A DNA stretch of 31,455 nt from a virus, in IMG/VR virus record IMGVR_UViG_3300026885_000038; one strand, 5' to 3'. Shown piece after piece: positions 25,466-31,455 of this stretch; within the stretch, counting starts at the first letter, position 1; the number at the start of each line of letters is the position of its first letter. The translations under genes were made by a program, and so were the position numbers. A model generated the notes under the pieces. That model saw only the letters and a program-made list of their open reading frames with translations. It was not told where the DNA came from and did not search any database.

Positions 25466-26213
25466 TTCCTATCCCCTCCTTTATTACTTTCAACGCCTCA
25501 TCCTTAGTACTATTTAACACAAGACTGGGATTTATTGGTGTTACTCCGTAAGTGTTATACTCGTTAATCGTGTACGATGAGGCACCACCAACAATTAGCT
25601 TCTTCGTGTTCTCCCTCGTAAACATGTCATAAACAATCTCCGTATTTGTTATCTTATTCACAATCATCCTATTTACAACAAACCTAAAGAGGGGAGATAT
25701 TGGGACTGTAGTGGGGTTGACTAGCCCGAACGCCACCTCAAGACCGTATGGTACTGCAATCTGGGTGTACGGGCTAGGATTATTAAGTGGGCTTTGGTAT
25801 CCGTCAATAAAACCAAATTGGTTGTAGCTGGAGTTCCATGTCGCAACGTCAAGCCTCCCCTGTGCAACGTTTGCGGGTTGGTAGATGTAGACACGTGTGT
25901 AACTTGGTGCTACACCGAAGAATAACTGTAGAAGGTTGTTTGCCTTATCAACCTTGAAGACGTCGTTTGGATTACCAGTTATGTATCTAGATCCGAACAG
26001 GACGTCAGCGGCAATCGTCAAACTTGTAATACCATTCCCCTGAGGACTTGCCGCTAACGGAGACTGTAATGCACCCTCGGTTACAGGATCGTAGATAAAG
26101 CTGTAGGGAATGTCACTATCAACAACTACCAGAGGGACGTAACCCTGTGGAAAGACTAGAAAAAATTTGTCACTTGGCTTTAAAAGGTAAGTATCCAGAT
26201 TCATAGCCCTCAC
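25458..26213 (-). CDS. Putative capsid protein, 251 aa (ATG alternative at 26204)
   Basis: Beta/Pro-rich, low charge, co-transcribed with the 235-aa gene. Confidence 0.45.
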   Translation of the reverse strand: MRAMNLDTYLLKPSDKFFLVFPQGYVPLVVVDSDIPYSFIYDPVTEGALQSPLAASPQGNGITSLTIAADVLFGSRYITGNPNDVFKVDKANNLLQLFFGVAPSYTRVYIYQPANVAQGRLDVATWNSSYNQFGFIDGYQSPLNNPSPYTQIAVPYGLEVAFGLVNPTTVPISPLFRFVVNRMIVNKITNTEIVYDMFTRENTKKLIVGGASSYTINEYNTYGVTPINPSLVLNSTKDEALKVIKEGIGSG

Positions 26214-26220
26214 ATAATTC

Positions 26221-26562
26221 TTAGTTACCCTCCACTAATAAGGTTATTACACCGTTTATGGTCCCTGTCGGAGCCTCTGTCACCACTCCACCGGAGATTT
26301 GTTGTACGTATATGTGTATTCCATTTGTCTGTGGGGCTTGCTTCCCAACCGTACCGGTACTTAAACCGGTATTCACAACGGCAACGTGGTAAGCGACCGT
26401 ACTAACGTTACTCTTTACACCGAGGACACCGGCGTTAGTAACAGCCTGTAACTTACTGGAGTGGATTATTACTCCTCCCTGTCCTGCAACATAATAAACG
26501 TTGCTAAAACTCTCTATAATAAGCCTCAAGTTACCTTGATTAACGCTATAGGGAACGCTCAT
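26221..26562 (-). CDS. Small beta-rich putative virion protein, 113 aa
   Basis: V/T/G/N/S-rich and almost uncharged. Confidence 0.5.
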   Translation of the reverse strand: MSVPYSVNQGNLRLIIESFSNVYYVAGQGGVIIHSSKLQAVTNAGVLGVKSNVSTVAYHVAVVNTGLSTGTVGKQAPQTNGIHIYVQQISGGVVTEAPTGTINGVITLLVEGN

Positions 26563-26571
26563 TTAGATCGC

Positions 26572-27279
26572 CTAGGTTTGTTGTAGCAAGTAGGATCCTT
26601 TAGCAAAGGTTAGCCCGAATAACTGTAGGTTACTGGGTCCAGTGGCAATCACGTTACCATAGATGGTGAGGTTAGTGTTCACACCTACGTAAACCAGTCC
26701 TGGGAATTTGTAATAGTACACGTTTGACATTGGTAGGTAGGCGGCGGACTCAACCATATACGTGGTATTCTCAACCCTTACTTGGTACTCACTAACCTTC
26801 GGAGGAAGGGTGTCGATCATTCCGAGTATAGCAAGGGCAACCGTATTTTGCAGTTGCGTAGCCCCACCGTTTGCAAGCCCGGTCTGTCCAGTATTAACCT
26901 GAAAGATTGGTTGCCATCCAGTCGTAGTGAAATTCCTATACCACGAAAGCTGTGGTGTCTGTCCTGGGGCTATGTTGGTATTCATTACAGTTACAGCCCT
27001 TATCAACTGCATTCCTATTTGGGAGGAGGAGGTTGCGGCAAGACCGGCGAAACTGGCCTGTGGTGCAAGCTGTGCCACAGCCTGCTGAGCGATAGAAGCC
27101 AGGACATCACTGTACTTTAACAAGATTTCTCCTAAGTCTCTCTGCAAAGCCGGCATTTCCGCCAACGTTGCCAGATCCCTTATGAATATCTCCTGCTCCT
27201 CTTGCGTAAATGCCCTACCAGTGATCTGGTTTGATGCAGAGATTACCAGTGGTCCTACACTTTGGGTAGGAGTACTCAT
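26572..27279 (-). CDS. Candidate major capsid protein, 235 aa (helical N-arm plus beta-sandwich)
   Basis: First gene after AATATATTTTTAAC (27305-27318). About 75-aa helical N-part, then about 8 beta strands. Confidence 0.5.
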   Translation of the reverse strand: MSTPTQSVGPLVISASNQITGRAFTQEEQEIFIRDLATLAEMPALQRDLGEILLKYSDVLASIAQQAVAQLAPQASFAGLAATSSSQIGMQLIRAVTVMNTNIAPGQTPQLSWYRNFTTTGWQPIFQVNTGQTGLANGGATQLQNTVALAILGMIDTLPPKVSEYQVRVENTTYMVESAAYLPMSNVYYYKFPGLVYVGVNTNLTIYGNVIATGPSNLQLFGLTFAKGSYLLQQT

Positions 27280-27446
27280 GTTTTCACTAAAGTTACAAGT
27301 CCTTGTTAAAAATATATTGATTATGTTCTCGTACCCTCACATGTTCTACCAATAAGAAATTGTGGAGAAACATGTTCGGAGAATACGTAGTGGTGGGAGG
27401 AAAGGTAGCCCAAAAGTAGATATTTTCCAAACAACAAAACTTTCTA

Positions 27447-27830
27447 ATGAATAAGAAAGGTTTGAACTTCAGATCGCCAACGGAGTTCATGAGGGAATTA
27501 AGGGCAACACAAAAACTGATTGGATTAACGGACAACACGTTATTCCTTGAGGCATGTATACGATGCCTTGAGACGAGAACGCTCCCATTCCGTAACATAC
27601 TTAACCTCACTCCAAAGAAGACTCACAACAATGACCCAGTACACACCATTATGTGTAACCCATCGGTGATAAGGAAGATTAAGCTACTTATTTTACAACA
27701 TGATCTAGGGAATGTTTATACGTTATTGTATTACGGGCTAAAGTGCATACAGGGGCAATACGGGGTGAAACTCTCCATAAATGGTAAAAAAGATGATCAA
27801 AGTTCGCAGGTTTTACAACCACCTGAGTAG
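27447..27830 (+). CDS. Putative tandem ribbon-helix-helix protein, 127 aa
   Basis: Two strand-helix-helix patterns ([10 protein letters not shown]..., [10 protein letters not shown]...). Divergent from the structural operon. Confidence 0.4.
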   Translation: MNKKGLNFRSPTEFMRELRATQKLIGLTDNTLFLEACIRCLETRTLPFRNILNLTPKKTHNNDPVHTIMCNPSVIRKIKLLILQHDLGNVYTLLYYGLKCIQGQYGVKLSINGKKDDQSSQVLQPPE

Positions 27831-30214
27831 GACTCACTTACCTCCACGAACTTCTTCTCCAACCTGAGGTTTGTGGACTGCTTGGCTTTCTCCTCTCTTT
27901 CTTTCTTTATTCCAAAGTATATCACCTGCTGGGACTTACTCTTATCTCTATACACCGTTATCCCCTTTATTCCCAGTTTCCATGCGGTTATGTATACCCT
28001 CTCCACAGCCTCCTTAGTCTCCTCACTTCTCAGGTTTATTGTCTTTGAGGTACCGGAGTCGTTCCACTGTTGCCATGCGGCTTGATGAAGGACGTGAAAG
28101 ATTGGAGGGACTTCGTGGGCAGTCCTGAAAATCCTCTTAAGGGTTTTTGGAATGAATGGATTGTCCCCCACCTCACCAGTCTCGGCTATCTTCTTAACTA
28201 CCTCCGGTGTATCCAACTCGTACCTCCTAAGATACTCAAGGAATAACGGGTCTATCTCCATAAAAGTTCCTACAGCAACACTCCTTACAAAGGCTAGTGC
28301 GAAGAGTGGCTCTATGGAGGAGGACGTACCAGCTATGATGGAGATCGTGCCCGTTGGGGCTACCGAGACCACAGTGGCGTTCCTCAGACCGTACCTCAGC
28401 CTCATGTCCTTCAACGTGGAGAAGTCTAACTTGTCCACCTCTGCCGTCAGCCTCTTTACGTATTCCGATGGCTCGCCCTGTATACCGGCTGTGGAAAACA
28501 GATCCTGTAAATCCCTTACATCCTCCCATATATCCTTGTACCTCACAGGATCGTAGGCTGGGAAGGGGCTTTTCTCCTTAGCCAACTCCACTGAGGTGTG
28601 TAAGGCGTGATAGTAAATGAATCTAGCTAACTGATATGAGAGGAAGACCGCGTCTACGCTGTCGTAGGGTATGCCCAACTTTATCAACATTCTCGCCAAG
28701 CCCATAACCCCCAAACCTACCTTTCTCGTCCTCTTGGTGGCCTCCTCTATCTGTCTCAACGGGTATCTGTTAGCATCAACAACGTTATCAAGGAAACGGA
28801 CGGCGTACCTTATGGTCTCAGCTAGTCCAGCCCAGTCTATCTTGTTGTCCACCACGAACTTCTCCAGGTTCAGGGAACCCAGGTTGCAGGACTCCCAGGG
28901 AAGGAGGGGTTCCTCACCGCAGGGGTTAGTTGCCTGTATCTTGCCCAAGTACCAAACTGGATGTCTCCTATTTATCTCATCAATGAAGAGGAGTCCTGGG
29001 TCACCGGAGTCCCATGCCCCCTTCACTATCTCGTTGAAGAGCATCCTGGCGTCAACCCACTTCACAACAGCCCCTTCCTTTTCAGCTATAACTAACGCCT
29101 CATCCACAGTTACTATTCTACTCTCCTCAAGGTAGATTGAATCCCTCTCCTCCAATTCCCTTAGAATCTCCTCCTGTACCCACTCCTCGTCCATGTAGTT
29201 CCTCGCCCTCACTATGTAGTATTCGTAATCAGTACCAGGTATCCTTGTCCTCCTAGGAGTGATCAGAGGTACCTCCCCTCCGGACTCGACTGCCCTCATA
29301 AAGTAATCGTAAACACCAACGGATATGTTGAAGTTCTGTAAATGTGTATCCTTCAACTCTCCAGTCTTTGCCTTAATGAAGTCCTCTATGTCTGCGTGCC
29401 AAACGTGCATCACGCCCATGTTTGCCCCCCTTCTCTTTCCTCCCTGCTTCACTACATCCGTGGAGACGTCGAAGATCTTCATGAATGATACAGGACCAGA
29501 GGCAACACCCGCAGTTGACGCAACCACATCACCCTTGGGTCTCAATTCTGAGAAGTCGAAACCAGTACCACCACCCTGTTGGTGGACTAACGCCATTGCC
29601 CTCAAGGTATCATATATGCCATCCCCATCCTTGGTGGTCATGGAGTCCTTAACCGGCAGGACGAAACAGGCTGAGAGTATCCCCAGCCTTGTACCAGAAT
29701 TCATCAACGCAGGGGTGTTTGGGATGAACTTAAGGGTTGACATTATCTCGTAGAACTTCTCTTCATATTCCCTCCTCCTCTCCTGGGGTTCTACGCTAGC
29801 CAGGTGCCTAGCCACTCTCCTGAACATCATCTGCGGAGTCTCTATATACCTAAGGGTGTTGGGATCCTTCAGCAAGTACCTAGCCTCGAGGACTTTCAGG
29901 GCATTGTAGCTTATCAGGAGATCCCTCTCGTCAAAGGACTTCCACCCTCCCTTACCGAACACGTGATTATAGATCCTGGCCAGGACAAACTTCTTGGCCA
30001 AATCCATGAGCTCTGGGTTTTCCAGGGAGTTCTCAACTAGGTTCCTCTCCACTATATCGCCTATAACCCTGCTTTCAATAAGGTTATCCTTACTATTTTG
30101 CAACACGTCGTTGTAAATATTCTCGTAAACCTTGTCTGGTAGCTGTAAATGTCTTAACAACTTCTCAGGCTTAAACTCCTGGACTCTGCCGTTCCTTTTT
30201 AAGACTTGTGGCAT
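27797..30214 (-). CDS. nrdJ: Class II (B12-dependent) ribonucleotide reductase with ATP cone
   Basis: VLKRNG ATP cone, PNTP, SACF, TNPCGE, CNLGS, APTG and terminal CKTC. Confidence 0.95.
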   Translation of the reverse strand: MPQVLKRNGRVQEFKPEKLLRHLQLPDKVYENIYNDVLQNSKDNLIESRVIGDIVERNLVENSLENPELMDLAKKFVLARIYNHVFGKGGWKSFDERDLLISYNALKVLEARYLLKDPNTLRYIETPQMMFRRVARHLASVEPQERRREYEEKFYEIMSTLKFIPNTPALMNSGTRLGILSACFVLPVKDSMTTKDGDGIYDTLRAMALVHQQGGGTGFDFSELRPKGDVVASTAGVASGPVSFMKIFDVSTDVVKQGGKRRGANMGVMHVWHADIEDFIKAKTGELKDTHLQNFNISVGVYDYFMRAVESGGEVPLITPRRTRIPGTDYEYYIVRARNYMDEEWVQEEILRELEERDSIYLEESRIVTVDEALVIAEKEGAVVKWVDARMLFNEIVKGAWDSGDPGLLFIDEINRRHPVWYLGKIQATNPCGEEPLLPWESCNLGSLNLEKFVVDNKIDWAGLAETIRYAVRFLDNVVDANRYPLRQIEEATKRTRKVGLGVMGLARMLIKLGIPYDSVDAVFLSYQLARFIYYHALHTSVELAKEKSPFPAYDPVRYKDIWEDVRDLQDLFSTAGIQGEPSEYVKRLTAEVDKLDFSTLKDMRLRYGLRNATVVSVAPTGTISIIAGTSSSIEPLFALAFVRSVAVGTFMEIDPLFLEYLRRYELDTPEVVKKIAETGEVGDNPFIPKTLKRIFRTAHEVPPIFHVLHQAAWQQWNDSGTSKTINLRSEETKEAVERVYITAWKLGIKGITVYRDKSKSQQVIYFGIKKEREEKAKQSTNLRLEKKFVEVSESYSGGCKTCEL

Positions 30215-30225
30215 ACGAATCGTAG

Positions 30226-30259
30226 AAAAGTGTAGTTAAAACTCGTACAAAAGTGTGTT
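30226..30259 (-). promoter_or_regulatory. nrdJ promoter with AACACAC motif and AAAAGTGT direct repeats flanking TATA
   Basis: TATA at 30235-30242. AAAAGTGT at 30226 and 30249. GTGTGTT at 30253-30259. Confidence 0.6.
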
Positions 30260-30267
30260 TTCCAAAA

Positions 30268-30315
30268 GGAATCTAAATTGTTAGGAATTCTAATCTACAG
30301 GAATTCAATAGAATG
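30268..30315 (+). repeat. Three imperfect 16-nt direct repeats starting GGAAT
   Basis: GGAAT at 30268, 30284 and 30300. Confidence 0.6.
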
Positions 30316-30368
30316 AGAATACAGATAGTTACAACAAAGTTGAAAAATAGGTTAAGTAAAGTTAACTC

Positions 30369-31076
30369 ATGAGAAAGTTACACGCAGATGTGAAAGGGAT
30401 CAAGCCGTTAGTAAGCGTACCACAAGGTGCAAGTAAGCTGTGGGAGAGTGACGAGTTGGCGTTGTACTACACGTATGATGCAAACCAAGGAGAGATAACG
30501 TGGATTATGGTAAACAAGACTAATCAGGTGATGTATGCCTGTCTGTTGAGAGGGTCTACATTAAACATTAACGGGCGGACTGTAACCATCCCCAACTACC
30601 TCTTTGGTGATGCCTTTGCTGAGGTTTACTTTGCGAACGGGCTCTCAAACTACATCAACTCGTTAGAGAATGTACAACTTTACTCTCTAGCAATAGTGAA
30701 TGATGGAGGAATGATGCAGGTTGCCTTTGTATTCCAGTTACCGCCAAACGGGGTTGTACAAGTCCCTGAGCACGGTTTCGTAGGTTTACAAAGTGTGCAG
30801 GGTAGATTAGTTACTGCAACACCAGGAAAGAATAACCTGTACGTAATCATATACGATTACACGGAGATACTTGAATACGAGAATGAGGCGGGGGTTAGTG
30901 TAACCTCACCCCCAGACCCTTATGCCGTGTTTAGCTACGGCTTTAGTGTTAGTGAGATGGGTTATCCGATAACGAGGAGGGTGATATTTGAGATACCTGA
31001 GGAGGACGTTAACACCGCGAAGTCCATGATTAAGGACTTAAAGGGAATATTCAACACGCTGAAGAAGGCTCTTTGA
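30369..31076 (+). CDS. Hypothetical beta-rich protein, 235 aa
   Basis: Long ORF with ATG and a T-rich tract after the stop. No family recognised with confidence. Confidence 0.8.
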   Translation: MRKLHADVKGIKPLVSVPQGASKLWESDELALYYTYDANQGEITWIMVNKTNQVMYACLLRGSTLNINGRTVTIPNYLFGDAFAEVYFANGLSNYINSLENVQLYSLAIVNDGGMMQVAFVFQLPPNGVVQVPEHGFVGLQSVQGRLVTATPGKNNLYVIIYDYTEILEYENEAGVSVTSPPDPYAVFSYGFSVSEMGYPITRRVIFEIPEEDVNTAKSMIKDLKGIFNTLKKAL

Positions 31077-31115
31077 ACCAAGTATTGAAATCTTTTTTTA
31101 CACAAGTAAGTTTTC

Positions 31116-31271
31116 ATGAGGGCAATTTATGGCCAGAGGATGAGTAGATGTAGTACTCTGTATTGTCTCGAGAGGGTGCTTCAGGAGTGCTACGAGATTT
31201 GTGAAAGGGATGACGAATGTGAGAGAATATGTGACGAGTTGTACGAAGAACACACAAGGAGACTCGAGTGA
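31116..31271 (+). CDS. Small Cys-rich acidic protein, 51 aa (not in ORF track)
   Basis: Translated by hand: MRAIYGQRMSRCSTLYCLERVLQECYEICERDDECERICDELYEEHTRRLE*. Confidence 0.6.
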   Translation: MRAIYGQRMSRCSTLYCLERVLQECYEICERDDECERICDELYEEHTRRLE

Positions 31272-31455
31272 ACAATTTTGATCATCAACGTTGCTATTTT
31301 CGTTCACCACTAGACAACACATGATTAGTTTCAGCCAACTTTATTTACTACCACTTTGAGTACAAGTAGAAAGTCGGGATGAAAGAAGTTTTAGTGATTT
31401 TTTACGTTGATCATCGGAGTTAATTTACTGGTTTGGTAGAGAAAACAGAAGAATA

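Noticed and set aside
27293-27610. 105-aa minus-strand ORF
   Set aside because: Overlaps the better 127-aa + ORF and the structural-operon promoter. No motif.
28152-30040. Several 70-150 aa ORFs inside nrdJ
   Set aside because: Shadow ORFs of a GC-richer gene.
31098-31322. 74-aa minus-strand ORF
   Set aside because: The opposite-strand 51-aa Cys-rich ORF follows operon direction and has a more protein-like pattern.
1-31455. Restriction-site avoidance (GGCC, GATC) as a footprint of DNA modification
   Set aside because: Both occur many times and I cannot compute observed/expected ratios by eye. A Markov-corrected k-mer analysis is needed.
1-31455. tRNA/rRNA genes, integrase/att sites, helicase, terminase or portal
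   Set aside because: None recognised in this window. They may lie outside it.

Overview
This window looks like a fragment of a large archaeal dsDNA virus, probably infecting Sulfolobales. The evidence is archaeal BRE/TATA promoters about 25 nt upstream of leaderless starts, a Sulfolobales-type class II RNR and Sulfolobales-type tnpB relics. No ribosomal, tRNA or other housekeeping genes were seen. It encodes most of a replisome: family B polymerase, PCNA, RFC small subunit plus a degenerate RFC-large-like ATPase, an AEP primase fused to a PriL-like Fe-S domain, SSB, a Sak4-like ATPase, a Cas4-like nuclease and NrdJ. The main system is a complete 7-deazaguanine pathway. An unannotated RHH gene, queD, queE, folE and a TGT/DpdA-fold gene are translationally coupled straight into polB. 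A GAT-QueC fusion lies 7 kb away with an ASCH-like protein, among three glycosyltransferases and an NDP-sugar epimerase/dehydratase. This gene set predicts archaeosine (dG+) or a related base in viral DNA, possibly further modified. The window also has a putative beta-rich capsid operon, a repeat-containing fibre-like protein, a UbiA prenyltransferase, a subtilisin, a candidate ADP-ribosyltransferase, three IS200/IS605 tnpB/right-end relics, a motif shared by four DNA-metabolism promoters, and three small ORFs missed by the ORF track. All family calls come from motifs recognised by eye. No database search was run.
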